A stretch of DNA of 64,000 nt from a virus. Its lineage: Duplodnaviria; Heunggongvirae; Uroviricota; Caudoviricetes. The stretch lies in the IMG/VR virus record IMGVR_UViG_3300031414_000001, positions 176,437 to 240,436 of that record, one strand, 5' to 3'. The notes beneath the pieces were generated by a model. The model was not told where the DNA came from. It saw only the letters and a program-made list of their open reading frames with translations, and searched no databases. Shown here in pieces: positions 18,081 through 28,708 of the stretch; position 1 is the stretch's first letter, and each line of letters begins with the position of its first letter. Position numbers and translations under genes: made by a program.

Positions 18081-18830
18081 TTATTCTTCTGGATCTCCGA
18101 AGACTAAACGCATACGATCAAGAGTACTGAGATCTTCGAACTTCTGACCTACCAGTACTTCAGTTACATGAGAGCGAATTACTTCATTCCCTTCATGCAT
18201 CTTGATGTACGTCTGACGTTGGAAGAATGAACCTTCTTTCCAAGCTTTTGGATAATCGTTCCAGTTGATACCAGATTCCAGAAGCATATCGAGTTTGTCA
18301 TTGGTAGACTTACCCTGAAGCTTAGAATGTCCGAACGTCGCATGAGCAGCCATTGAGATGCTATTACGCACCGCATCCTGTACACGCCACAGTACTGCGT
18401 TCGTTGCTTCTGAACGTGATGGAACTTGGAATACGCGACAATCGAAGTGTGGCAGACGTTTCAAGCATTCATTTGGGAAATGCTGAAGTGCCAGTTTAAC
18501 GAACATCGCAGTTGCTAATGATGCCAGTACTGAAACCATCTTTTGCTTTTTGCCAGCAAAGAACACATCACTTTCGTAATCACGCTGCCAGAACACCAGA
18601 GTAATTTCATCACTCTGAGTATATCCAACTGTCGCACCAGTTTCTTCAACAAGGTACTTAGTAACAGCTTGCATGATCATAGTCATGTTCATGTCAAATG
18701 GTTTAGTCATGCTCTTAGTAAATTTACTGAAAGAACGACCATCCAGCCGTGCTACAATTGGAATCATCGGCATGAATTTTTCTGATGTTTCCATTTTCTC
18801 ATAATGCTTGATACGATCACCGAGATTCAT
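18081..18830 (-). CDS. tRNA(His) guanylyltransferase Thg1-like protein
   Basis: VARLDGRSFSKFT, YTQSDEITL, FDCRVF, WRVQDAVRNS, HSKLQGK. Confidence 0.93.
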   Translation of the reverse strand: MNLGDRIKHYEKMETSEKFMPMIPIVARLDGRSFSKFTKSMTKPFDMNMTMIMQAVTKYLVEETGATVGYTQSDEITLVFWQRDYESDVFFAGKKQKMVSVLASLATAMFVKLALQHFPNECLKRLPHFDCRVFQVPSRSEATNAVLWRVQDAVRNSISMAAHATFGHSKLQGKSTNDKLDMLLESGINWNDYPKAWKEGSFFQRQTYIKMHEGNEVIRSHVTEVLVGQKFEDLSTLDRMRLVFGDPEE

Positions 18831-19114
18831 TGATTTTCCTTAATGAACTTGTGTAATTTTTCATGATACGCGATAAAGATTGAATTGTATTCTTGATCAA
18901 CTTCAATATGAAGATTAGCGAATACAATTTCTTTACCGAAGTAAAACTCACATGCTGCTACAATAACATTGCTTGGGTAAGAAGTAGCATGATGTAAGAT
19001 AACTTGGTCACAACCATGATACCATTCTTTTATGTGACGTTCAAATAAAAGTTGGTACAAATGATCAGGATGCGTGTGTTTGATTTTTTTCAGCTTGATA
19101 TATTTCGAAGACAC
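18827..19114 (-). CDS. hypothetical protein
   Basis: 95-aa ORF between coupled genes. Confidence 0.55.
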   Translation of the reverse strand: MSSKYIKLKKIKHTHPDHLYQLLFERHIKEWYHGCDQVILHHATSYPSNVIVAACEFYFGKEIVFANLHIEVDQEYNSIFIAYHEKLHKFIKENQ

Positions 19115-19649
19115 TGTTTTGTACCTCTAACTTTTCCAACTCTTGTTGAAGTTTATATTCATTTTGACGCATATGATCTAATGACCGAACCACACGGAAC
19201 ATCATTAATTCTTCATGGTCAGTTAAGAATTCTTCACCATTGATATAAATTTTTGGTAAAGGAGAATCTTTATCAGGGTCATGGTTGTAACCTGAACGGA
19301 AATTATAAATCTGAAAATACATCTGTTCATACGCAGTATCATCAAGTACCATTCGTGAATCTTCAGTTGTGTCACGAAACTCAAAACGCTTTGGATTACG
19401 TGCCATAGCAGTTAAGATTGCCAGTACTTCAGGACGACACTTACTTAACTGATACTTAGTGTTAATGATATGACGAGATGCGTCTTTACGCTTGTTGAAA
19501 TAACGTGTGTACTCCAACAGCTTACCAGCACTTTTACGCAGTACTAAAAGATGCAAATGACGATGAATGTCAAAGATTTCTTTAACATCCAATTCAGATT
19601 TCTTTTTTCCTGGTGGTGGTCGATTCAGTGGCATTGGTTGATACCCCAT
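19065..19649 (-). CDS. hypothetical protein, LRK-motif family
   Basis: LVLRKSAGKLLE...HIINTKYQLS; downstream of promoter TTGACA-N17-TAAAAT near 19663-19692. Confidence 0.65.
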   Translation of the reverse strand: MGYQPMPLNRPPPGKKKSELDVKEIFDIHRHLHLLVLRKSAGKLLEYTRYFNKRKDASRHIINTKYQLSKCRPEVLAILTAMARNPKRFEFRDTTEDSRMVLDDTAYEQMYFQIYNFRSGYNHDPDKDSPLPKIYINGEEFLTDHEELMMFRVVRSLDHMRQNEYKLQQELEKLEVQNSVFEIYQAEKNQTHAS

Positions 19650-19751
19650 TCAATTAATTCCCGTATTTTACCCGCAGACGATCCGCCTGTCAAGGATTAT
19701 TTTCACTTAATTTTCATCTTTTTTCTTGTACGGTTGATTATAGCAGAAACG

Positions 19752-19776
19752 AAAAAAGCGGTCAATGACCGCTTTT
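19752..19776 (-). terminator. intrinsic terminator ending the three-paralog virion operon
   Basis: AAGCGGTC-aat-GACCGCTT plus U-tract. Confidence 0.85.
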
Positions 19777-19779
19777 GTT

Positions 19780-22524
19780 TTAATGCCAACGTGTACCAGT
19801 GCTTGAAGGTACACCAGTACTCGCAGGAATCGCAGAACCACGTTTTGTAGTACTTGGCCTGTAAGTTAGGAACCTTGTCACTTTTTCTGTTGTTATTGAT
19901 GATATTGATGAAGAACCTGTAACGATTGTACCAATGTAAACTCTATACAATTCTTCGGTAAGAAGTGTAGCACTAATCTGATAAACAGCAACACCTTCAA
20001 CTATAGTAATATATAGATAGAAAGTACTGTTAGCAGGGTTAGCTTGTATACTTGTTAAATTGATTGTCTGAACTGGCATTTCATAATATGCTCCATGAAG
20101 AAATACTGGTATTTCTTGTGTGAAATATACATTAAATCCTTGAGGAACTTCTTGTGATGCCACCACATATCGGGATGTTGGTGTGGATGTTGGATCAGCA
20201 ATCAACGCATCTAAGTTAGCTTCAGAAGTACCATGATATTTGTATATTAGTTTGGTTTGATAATCAGTAACATCACCATTTTCAAATAATCCAAATCCAA
20301 ATCCTGGCAGAACACCAACTTCATATGAAGTACCACCACTCAAGTACTGAGAAGTTATCGCTCTTAATGAAGCAATGTTATTAGATGCGTCTAGCTTACC
20401 AAGCATTGACCTGAATGTTGCATTACTACTTGTACCCATATTGAAAATAGCTGGAATTCCAATATATGAAAAACCACTATACTTAGCAATAACTAGACCG
20501 GACATACGAGCCATATATGTTGTATTAATAGTAATTACACCATTATTAACACCATTGATGACTGAAGTTGCCGCCGATAAAGCAGTAATATTGTTTGAGC
20601 TAATAGTCACATCTACAGTACTAACAATTACGTGAGCACTATATCCTGAACCATCAACTGTATCTGTTCTTAGAGAAACGATAGCAATACTTTTTCCATA
20701 AGCACTATCTGGAACATAATACAGAACAATTTTACTTTCCAGTACTGTGCCAGTAATAGTTACCGCGTTAATCATTTGAGTTTTTAATGTTGTCAGTAGT
20801 GATGTATTTGATAGGGTGTATGCTGTTCCAAAGGTGAATGCATTTGTATCCAACAAACCACCAGCAGGTTTAGTTACACCTTCAATGAAAGATGAACCAT
20901 ATGATCTAGTAGTTCCATCAGCAGCCACTAGAGTTACCATTGCTGTATATTTAAAATCAGAATTATCTACACGTGTTCTAATAGGTTGTGGAGCATAACC
21001 ATTAATAGTTGAACCACTAACAATAGAATTATATGTATAGGTTCTAGTAGAACCAATGTCAGCATATACTCTAGCATCAAATCCAAATGAACCATTTGAA
21101 TCGTTACCGCTACATGATAGCATAATACGTGTTGGTGAAATCACTATTGGGTTAATAAGGTTCTCACCTAATGCTGAACCATAAACCGGATTCACATATT
21201 TCAAAGTAACTGAACTTAGAGTTCTGTTTACAAGATTTAAAGAATCATACGCATTTGTGAATGAATTTATTGTCGCACGAGTAATTTTATGTTGTGGTGA
21301 TGTAATATAACGAGCTACAGTACTGAATACCATACCATCAGAAGTTTGATATATTGTAGGAACATTACCTTGAGCATCACTTGGAAAACCATTTATATTT
21401 TCCATTGTTGCGTTATATGGATTTGTGTAAACAAATGAACCTGATCCTGATGAAACTGTTATTGGTCCAGCAGCGGGTTTATCTAGCACGTATGCTTTAG
21501 TACTAATATTATAAGTTAAACTTAATCCCCAATTCGTTTGTATACCAGTAATTCCTGTTGCGTTCATAGCCCACGGATGGAATAAAGCAACACGTATTGA
21601 TGTTCCAGCGGCATTAGAAGCAGCTTGAATAACACCATTCGTATTCAACTGGAATAGACTTGTTGTAGTATTAGCATCTGTTAACAAAAATGGATTATCA
21701 GAACTTGAAGTACTAATATAGCGTTGAGCAATACGAACAGTATTTGACGCACTAACAGCAGTATCATAAATTGTAGCTCCACTAAAACCAGTAACTCTAG
21801 CTAGTGAAGTTGTAACTCCATTACGAACGTTATCAACACTAATTGTATACAATGAAACATCAAACGCACTTGTGGTTGCGTATGAATCAATACACCAAAT
21901 ATAAATTGTACTACCAACTATATGAGCATATTGTGGATCGGTTGTACCCATTAAAGTACGATTGAACTCTACATATTGGTGAGAAACACTGTTCATTGTA
22001 CCATTTGTTAGACCAATTGTATAGGTATCATTTGTACCATTATTGGTTTTCATGAATAGCAATTCACTTGCTTTCGTTCCAACAAAATCAAGTAATTTGT
22101 GATTAACCGTGAAGAAAGATGGAATATATTTGGTATTAGAAAGTACTGGAATCATATCAGCTACATTTCTAGCATCAGCCGTATAACAGTAATAATATCC
22201 ATCAGTACTTCCGTTTGTTCCTGGACGAAGATACACAAGTGTACCATTATCTTCAAGAATAACTGGCAGAATACGTTTAGATGCATAATATGTAGTAGCA
22301 CCTTCATATGAACCATTGATACTCATTGGTAGATAGTCCATAGTACCAACACGTGATACTGGAAGTACGGCTGTAATACGGTCAATTTCTTCTTTAGTAT
22401 ACAGAGGGAACTGAATGTTCCCTGCTGCATCAGCGGTAATATTGTTAATGTCACGAATAGCATTTTTACTATTCACGATTGTATTACGGGAAACACCTAA
22501 GTCTCCCATTATTTTTTTCGACAT
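19780..22524 (-). CDS. large S/T/G-rich virion (tail-fibre/baseplate-like) protein, paralog C
   Basis: 914 aa; shares the LEDNGTLVYLRPGTNG and SQEVPQGF...QANPANSTFYLY blocks with its neighbours. Confidence 0.7.
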   Translation of the reverse strand: MSKKIMGDLGVSRNTIVNSKNAIRDINNITADAAGNIQFPLYTKEEIDRITAVLPVSRVGTMDYLPMSINGSYEGATTYYASKRILPVILEDNGTLVYLRPGTNGSTDGYYYCYTADARNVADMIPVLSNTKYIPSFFTVNHKLLDFVGTKASELLFMKTNNGTNDTYTIGLTNGTMNSVSHQYVEFNRTLMGTTDPQYAHIVGSTIYIWCIDSYATTSAFDVSLYTISVDNVRNGVTTSLARVTGFSGATIYDTAVSASNTVRIAQRYISTSSSDNPFLLTDANTTTSLFQLNTNGVIQAASNAAGTSIRVALFHPWAMNATGITGIQTNWGLSLTYNISTKAYVLDKPAAGPITVSSGSGSFVYTNPYNATMENINGFPSDAQGNVPTIYQTSDGMVFSTVARYITSPQHKITRATINSFTNAYDSLNLVNRTLSSVTLKYVNPVYGSALGENLINPIVISPTRIMLSCSGNDSNGSFGFDARVYADIGSTRTYTYNSIVSGSTINGYAPQPIRTRVDNSDFKYTAMVTLVAADGTTRSYGSSFIEGVTKPAGGLLDTNAFTFGTAYTLSNTSLLTTLKTQMINAVTITGTVLESKIVLYYVPDSAYGKSIAIVSLRTDTVDGSGYSAHVIVSTVDVTISSNNITALSAATSVINGVNNGVITINTTYMARMSGLVIAKYSGFSYIGIPAIFNMGTSSNATFRSMLGKLDASNNIASLRAITSQYLSGGTSYEVGVLPGFGFGLFENGDVTDYQTKLIYKYHGTSEANLDALIADPTSTPTSRYVVASQEVPQGFNVYFTQEIPVFLHGAYYEMPVQTINLTSIQANPANSTFYLYITIVEGVAVYQISATLLTEELYRVYIGTIVTGSSSISSITTEKVTRFLTYRPSTTKRGSAIPASTGVPSSTGTRWH

Positions 22525-22536
22525 TTAATTTTCCTT

Positions 22537-25287
22537 TTACCAGGTGATTGTTCCTGTTTGAGTAGGATTACCAGTACTAACAGGGAACGCAGAACCAATT
22601 TGTGTAGTACTTGGTCTGTATGTGTCTAGTCTAGAAACCTTCTTTATATTTAACGTAGCAACTTTTGTACCATCTGTAATAATTGTTCCAATGAACATTT
22701 GAATATCAGTTTCTGGTAACGTTGTTGTGCTTACAACATAAGATGGAGTTCCTAATACTAACTTTATATAAACGTAGAATGTTGTATTTCCTGGGTTAGC
22801 TTGAATTGTACTTAAGTCAATTGCTGTAATTGGAACATCAAAGTATTGACCACCAAGGAATAATGGAGTAACTTCTGTAAAGTACAAATAGAATCCTTGA
22901 GGAACATCTTGTGCTAAAATTACAGTTTCTGTACCAGTACCTGCTGCCATATTAGAATTATATTCAGCTAATGTGCTTCCACAACGTTTGAACATAAGCT
23001 TAGTTCCTTGATCTGATTTTTGGAACATATAATATCCAAAACCATAATTTGGAATGTAACTATATTCACGTGACCCTGGTGAAATATCTGGTGCATGATA
23101 ACTTCCTGACATTATAAGAGATGTTAATGTATTACCAGACTTAACACCAGCATAACAATATTCTCGTGAATCTCCAGCTACACCTACATTTATTAGATGT
23201 GGTAGAGAAACATATGTAAAATCACTATAATTCACAACACATAATCCACCATGTCTACGCATTTCAGAGTTTGCTGTTCCGTTGGCGGTCATCGCGATAA
23301 ATGCTGAATCACTATAATTATTAATTACGGTATTAAGTGTAGCTGTAAGCACCGAAGCTGTATCAGCAGTACAGTTAACAGATGCCAAAATCATATTACC
23401 ACCTCCACCAGAATTAATACTAGTAACACAGGCAACACTAGCAAAATACGAAGTATTGGGTGAATAATATAAAGCAATGGTACTTGATGATGGTGATAAT
23501 CCTTGGTTTGCCAAAATACTATTTTTTAAATTAGTAAGTACTGTATTTGAAATAGAGATAGTTTTATCATACAACAGTGTTGTTGGATTCAACAAATATC
23601 CAGCAGTTAGGACATTATTTTCTACAAATACTGTACCATAAAATGACACATTACCTGCTGTATCACAATAAGAGATACCACCATATGTTGAATTTTCAGT
23701 AACTGTTGGTAATGGTAAACGTATAGCTTGTGGAGCATAACCAGTTGCTGTACCACTAGTGAATGAATTATATGTGTAAGTTCGTGAGGTTCCAATATCT
23801 GAAATACCTTTTGAGTACTTTAGATATTTTGTTCCTTGATATGTTCCAGTACCACTGAATAATATTCTTGTAGAACTAATAGGCATACCACCCATAAGTT
23901 GATCACCAACTCGTGAAGCGTAATCAGCATATACATCATATTGAACTACACTATTGAAAGTTCTTCCGCGAACATTATATGCATTAATTTTATTAGTAAA
24001 GCTGTTTATTTTTCCAGAATATACATAATACAAATCGCTAAGAACATATTTTTCACGAATGTAATATTGTGTTCCATTTTCAGTAATATACCATGTTCCA
24101 TTCAAACTATCCGAAACAGCAGAACCAACTCCAAACATATTAGAAGTAGTTACCGCATATGGATTAGACCATGTAATAGCACCAGTAGCACCACCAGTAG
24201 CAACAACTGGTGATCCTGTAGTTAAATCTGTAGTAAATGCTTTAGTACTAACATTATAGAATACTCTAAACGCAGGTCTAGTATCAACACGTGCGGTAGT
24301 ATTTCTAGCAAAACAGTTATTGTTCATAGAAATGACTAAATTAGTACCGTCAAAAATACATTTGACCATTCCATACATTGAATAAGTATATCCAGCAGCT
24401 TGTGTAGCGGCACTAAATCTAATCCAAGATTTAGCACCACTTTCAATAGTACTTTGCCATACATCGGCAATTCGAATATAACCTTGAGAACCTTGAGAAT
24501 CACCATATAATGTATTACCAGTTATGCCGGTAATTTGCTCTACTGTACTCACTGATCCTGATTGGATTTGAGAAACTGGAATTCTATACAAGATGAATTC
24601 AAATGGATCATTACCATTGTAATACACACCAGTTGGATTGTTAATATCATATACAGAAGAATATAAAGAAACAATATACATATATGAACCAACAATTGTT
24701 GAATTCATAATATAGTACGGTATTAAATTACGAGCAATAGTTGCTGTCTGATGACTAGCTTTCGCCATAGTTCCATTTGTTAATACTAAATGAAGTACGT
24801 TATTCCCAACTTCTTCATATGTTAGACATGTTTTAGCATCACTATCATGAAATAAAATCGTCTTCCATGTACCTGTATAATATGAATTAATGGTTGTAAA
24901 TGGTTGTAATGAAGCATTTGGGTTGTTGATGTAAGTGTAATAGTAATTAATAGAACTACCATTAGTACCAGGACGAAGGTATACCAATGAACCATCAGCC
25001 TCAAGTAGTACTGGCATAGCTGAATAATATGCCAGTGTACTACCACCATCGAAAGTTCCTGCTACACCTGGTGCGTTATTGTTTAACGCACCATATTGTG
25101 ATAGAGGAAGTTGTTTTAAAATATAATCCACATCGGATTTGGACGGTAAAGGTAAGTCTACGTGTCCAGTAGTATCAGCTAAGTAAACAGTACTGTTACC
25201 TGTTGTAGTGATACTAGTACCGACATTTTTACTTTGTACTGTAATATTTCCGGTGACATTAACATCACCTTTAATGACATACGCCAT
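22537..25287 (-). CDS. large S/T/G-rich virion protein, paralog B
   Basis: 916 aa; LEADGSLVYLRPGTNG and AQDVPQGF...QANPGNTTFYVY. Confidence 0.7.
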   Translation of the reverse strand: MAYVIKGDVNVTGNITVQSKNVGTSITTTGNSTVYLADTTGHVDLPLPSKSDVDYILKQLPLSQYGALNNNAPGVAGTFDGGSTLAYYSAMPVLLEADGSLVYLRPGTNGSSINYYYTYINNPNASLQPFTTINSYYTGTWKTILFHDSDAKTCLTYEEVGNNVLHLVLTNGTMAKASHQTATIARNLIPYYIMNSTIVGSYMYIVSLYSSVYDINNPTGVYYNGNDPFEFILYRIPVSQIQSGSVSTVEQITGITGNTLYGDSQGSQGYIRIADVWQSTIESGAKSWIRFSAATQAAGYTYSMYGMVKCIFDGTNLVISMNNNCFARNTTARVDTRPAFRVFYNVSTKAFTTDLTTGSPVVATGGATGAITWSNPYAVTTSNMFGVGSAVSDSLNGTWYITENGTQYYIREKYVLSDLYYVYSGKINSFTNKINAYNVRGRTFNSVVQYDVYADYASRVGDQLMGGMPISSTRILFSGTGTYQGTKYLKYSKGISDIGTSRTYTYNSFTSGTATGYAPQAIRLPLPTVTENSTYGGISYCDTAGNVSFYGTVFVENNVLTAGYLLNPTTLLYDKTISISNTVLTNLKNSILANQGLSPSSSTIALYYSPNTSYFASVACVTSINSGGGGNMILASVNCTADTASVLTATLNTVINNYSDSAFIAMTANGTANSEMRRHGGLCVVNYSDFTYVSLPHLINVGVAGDSREYCYAGVKSGNTLTSLIMSGSYHAPDISPGSREYSYIPNYGFGYYMFQKSDQGTKLMFKRCGSTLAEYNSNMAAGTGTETVILAQDVPQGFYLYFTEVTPLFLGGQYFDVPITAIDLSTIQANPGNTTFYVYIKLVLGTPSYVVSTTTLPETDIQMFIGTIITDGTKVATLNIKKVSRLDTYRPSTTQIGSAFPVSTGNPTQTGTITW

Positions 25288-25299
25288 ATGTAAATCCTT

Positions 25300-27993
25300 T
25301 TACCAATTAATTGTTCCTGAACCAGTAGGTAGACCATAACTTACAGGAATTGAAGAACCAGCAGCTTCTAATGAAGTACCGAATACATCTAAACGACTAC
25401 GTTTATAGATGGTAATTGTATCAATTTGTAAAGCATTTGTGGTAACTGTACCAATCCAGAATGTGTTATATGCTGATGTTCCAGATTCAGCAATTACTGT
25501 TTCTGAAGCAATATATTTTGCTAGACCTTCTTGCATAACTGCGTAGATATAGAAAGTACTGTTCGCTGGGTTCGCCTTAACCGTTGTCAAATCAATGTTC
25601 TGTATTGGCATTGTAAATGATTTACCGCTAAGTAGTAATGCTGTTGGTTCTGTAAAATAGATAATAAATCCTTGAGCAACATCTTGTGATGCTAAAAGAA
25701 TTGGAGAACCAACATCAGCCCAAGCATTGTATTGTGCCAATGTTGTACCGCACGGCTGGAATATTAAACGAACAGCATCATCATTCCACGAAGCAGCATA
25801 ATCAATATAGCCGAAACCAACTCCAGGTGCCGCAAAAGGCATTGAACCTGAACTCGGAACGTGGTTTTGATATACGCTTGTTGGAACAAAACTATCCATT
25901 TGACCAGTACTTTTTGTAACTTTAGCACGAAAAGTAATTGCGTTACTATCACCAGTAGTTTTATAAATGTATGGATCAGCACCACCAATAAAGTAGAACG
26001 TTCCAGCATCATAAATTGTCAAACCAACACTTGCTTGGACTACGCCGTATGTAGCAGGTTGTGCTAAAGCATTAAATTGACCAGAACCTTCATAAACTGA
26101 ACGTTTCAATGTTAAAGTAGTAATGGCTCCAGTTCTGGTATTAACATTGACCTCAACAACTTTCACATAACTTGTTTGTGTTGTTGTAACTGCTGTAATT
26201 AAAGCAAATGCTGGACAATCAGTTTGTTGAGGAACATAAAGAGTTATGCTACTTACATTTGATGAATCTAATGTAATTGTACTTAACGCCAGTTGAGAAT
26301 TTTTAAATGAAGTTAATAGAGAATTAGCAATACTCATTGAACCAGTACTGTTCATATCAGCATCATATGTTACACCAGAAGATACCTTATAATTCTCAAT
26401 GAACATTCCACCATTAGTTGTAACCGTGCTTCCATTAATAGTACTGATAAAGAATCTATGATTATTATCATACGTACTAGCATATCTATTTGTTGTAGGC
26501 TGATAACCATTAATAGTTCCTAATGATACGGAATCAAATGTATAGGTAGCACCTGGTACATATTGGTTAACTGAATTTATCCACGAACCAATCAATGAAG
26601 TAATTCTGTATCTATTACTAGGAAGCCATTCCATACTCATTAAGTTAGAACCAACTGGAGAACCATACTGATAATTCATATTTGATTGAGTATAGTTGGT
26701 ACTAGTAGGATAACTTCTAACTTGAAGGGTATTATATACAGAGGTAGCATTTGGATAAGTACCTCTAATAAGCAATGTATCACCTTGATTTGGTGAAGCA
26801 ATTGCTAATGTAGTACCATTATCAAAATAGTAATATCCCATTACATAGTTTGATCTCTGTGTATTAATTGTTGGTATTGGATCAGTACTATAAGTACTTC
26901 CTGATACATTTAAAGTAGTTCCGCTCCCTGGATCAGTAATTGTCAACGGAGCTATATTTCCTGCTTCAAGAGTAGCGGTTTTCGCCGTCATATTAAGCAA
27001 GAAACTAAAAGTATGTTTAGGACGAATGTTTCTTAATGGAGTTGTACACCAAGCATCACCAACAAATCTTACACGAATTGTTCCAGAACTGTTCTGAGCC
27101 GCATATATATCAACACCTGTCATGAATGGATTAGCACTAGTTGTTGCCGCTGGGAACAACATATATGGATTATCAGACGCAGTTGCACTTTGTAGAAGTG
27201 GTATAATTGTCAATGCTGTACTATTTGTAACTGTACCATAAAATCCAGTAGTAGCCCATGTAGCATAATTTGTGATGGTATAAGAACCACCAGACTGAAC
27301 TTGAGAAATTGGAATAGAACGAATTTCAAATGCCAAATTTGATCCAGAACTAACTTCAGTAAAGAAATAAATGTTCGTATTACCAGCCATTACAAAGCGA
27401 ACAGTTCCACTTGGAACTATGGTAGCCAATGGAATTAGAATTCCGGTATGTTGGGAATCATTTAAGGTTCCATTCATCCATGATACAAATACAAATTGAG
27501 CGTTTGATGCGTTAAACGCAACACCCGCTGTAACACGATTATCAGTGGCGAATAGATATTTTGCGGTATATGTAGAACCGAAATAACCTGGTTTATATTC
27601 TTTATTAGTATTAATAGCACCATTTAATGCTGTAGTACTTAAAACATTATTCAGATATGAATAATATACTCCACGTTTAGCACCATTTGTGCCTGGGCGA
27701 AGAATCATTAATGTTCCGTCATCTTCGACGAACAGTTTTCTGTAACGATAGTTTATTACATCACTCGCACCTTCAAATGAACCATAAACTCCAGCAGGAA
27801 TGTAGTTAAAGGAACCATAGTGAGATAGTGGTAATACACTAATGATTTTGTTGAATTCATCTTGGGTGTAAGAATCAATTTCAAGAGCACCTGAAGTACT
27901 GAAATTTGCTCCCTCAACAGAACGTGTTAAGTTTCTACCTTGAGAAGTAGCATATCTTCCAACCTGTAAATTTCCTAGAATTTTTTTAGCCAT
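25300..27993 (-). CDS. large S/T/G-rich virion protein, paralog A
   Basis: 897 aa; VEDDGTLMILRPGTNG and SQDVAQGF...KANPANSTFYIY. Confidence 0.7.
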   Translation of the reverse strand: MAKKILGNLQVGRYATSQGRNLTRSVEGANFSTSGALEIDSYTQDEFNKIISVLPLSHYGSFNYIPAGVYGSFEGASDVINYRYRKLFVEDDGTLMILRPGTNGAKRGVYYSYLNNVLSTTALNGAINTNKEYKPGYFGSTYTAKYLFATDNRVTAGVAFNASNAQFVFVSWMNGTLNDSQHTGILIPLATIVPSGTVRFVMAGNTNIYFFTEVSSGSNLAFEIRSIPISQVQSGGSYTITNYATWATTGFYGTVTNSTALTIIPLLQSATASDNPYMLFPAATTSANPFMTGVDIYAAQNSSGTIRVRFVGDAWCTTPLRNIRPKHTFSFLLNMTAKTATLEAGNIAPLTITDPGSGTTLNVSGSTYSTDPIPTINTQRSNYVMGYYYFDNGTTLAIASPNQGDTLLIRGTYPNATSVYNTLQVRSYPTSTNYTQSNMNYQYGSPVGSNLMSMEWLPSNRYRITSLIGSWINSVNQYVPGATYTFDSVSLGTINGYQPTTNRYASTYDNNHRFFISTINGSTVTTNGGMFIENYKVSSGVTYDADMNSTGSMSIANSLLTSFKNSQLALSTITLDSSNVSSITLYVPQQTDCPAFALITAVTTTQTSYVKVVEVNVNTRTGAITTLTLKRSVYEGSGQFNALAQPATYGVVQASVGLTIYDAGTFYFIGGADPYIYKTTGDSNAITFRAKVTKSTGQMDSFVPTSVYQNHVPSSGSMPFAAPGVGFGYIDYAASWNDDAVRLIFQPCGTTLAQYNAWADVGSPILLASQDVAQGFIIYFTEPTALLLSGKSFTMPIQNIDLTTVKANPANSTFYIYAVMQEGLAKYIASETVIAESGTSAYNTFWIGTVTTNALQIDTITIYKRSRLDVFGTSLEAAGSSIPVSYGLPTGSGTINW

Positions 27994-28025
27994 ATATATC
28001 CCTATAGTTTAAGATATTCATTGTT

Positions 28026-28037
28026 GTATTTATTAAG
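28026..28037 (-). promoter_or_regulatory. late-type promoter CTTAATAAATAC
   Basis: T4-late-like TAAATA box upstream of the virion operon; the same 12-mer lies upstream of the plus-strand Ig gene at about 50986. Confidence 0.6.
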
Positions 28038-28046
28038 GGTATAAAC

Positions 28047-28070
28047 AAAAAAAGCACCCATTGGGTGCTT
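28047..28070 (-). terminator. intrinsic terminator
   Basis: AAGCACCCA-t-TGGGTGCTT plus U-tract. Confidence 0.8.
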
Positions 28071-28242
28071 ATTCTTCATCAGGATCATAGTCAGGCGGTG
28101 TATATGTTACAGTAACAGTAAATGTTCCGTGAGCATCACCAAATACATCAGTTACCACATCATCATTATCAATGAAATCTGTTGGATCTACCGATTCAAC
28201 ACTATTTCCTTGAAATGTCTTTTCGTATATAATCTTACTCAT
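28069..28242 (-). CDS. 57-aa acidic hypothetical protein (below the ORF-track cut-off)
   Basis: MSKIIYEKTFQGNSVESVDPTDFIDNDDVVTDVFGDAHGTFTVTVTYTPPDYDPDEE*; start overlaps the nrdG stop and the stop sits in the terminator. Confidence 0.6.
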   Translation of the reverse strand: MSKIIYEKTFQGNSVESVDPTDFIDNDDVVTDVFGDAHGTFTVTVTYTPPDYDPDEE

Positions 28243-28708
28243 AATCTTTTCCTTTTATCAGTACTCGCTGATTTTCTGAACCCCTAAATGGTAGTTTTAG
28301 ATTCTTAAGTTCTTCGACAAATTTACCATCAACTAACACATCAATGTAATTCAGAATATCATGAGCATGATTTTCTTGTACTTCTTCCAGTGTATAACCA
28401 GTCCAGCACCAAATGTTTTTAGTGGGGAATTCTTCTTTCAGTACTTTACACAACTCCAGAACAGTACTGATATTCTTAGGCATCAGAGCATCACCACCAA
28501 GTAGAGTTAATCCTTCTACATAAGGTTTAGATAGTTCTTCTCGAATTGTGTTTATCTGTTCTTCTCCAAATGGTGTTCCAGAACGATAATCCCAAGCTGA
28601 TTCATTGAAACAACCTGGGCATCCATGACTACAACCTGATACATATAAACTCACACGAACACCAGTGCCGTTTATTAGGTCGTCTTTCACTATTGTTTGA
28701 TAGTTCAT
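28235..28708 (-). CDS. nrdG: anaerobic ribonucleotide reductase activase
   Basis: DLINGTGVRVSLYVSGCSHGCPGCFN (radical-SAM CxxxCxxC), GLTLLGGD, DVLVDGKF, FRGSENQR. Confidence 0.97.
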   Translation of the reverse strand: MNYQTIVKDDLINGTGVRVSLYVSGCSHGCPGCFNESAWDYRSGTPFGEEQINTIREELSKPYVEGLTLLGGDALMPKNISTVLELCKVLKEEFPTKNIWCWTGYTLEEVQENHAHDILNYIDVLVDGKFVEELKNLKLPFRGSENQRVLIKGKDYE

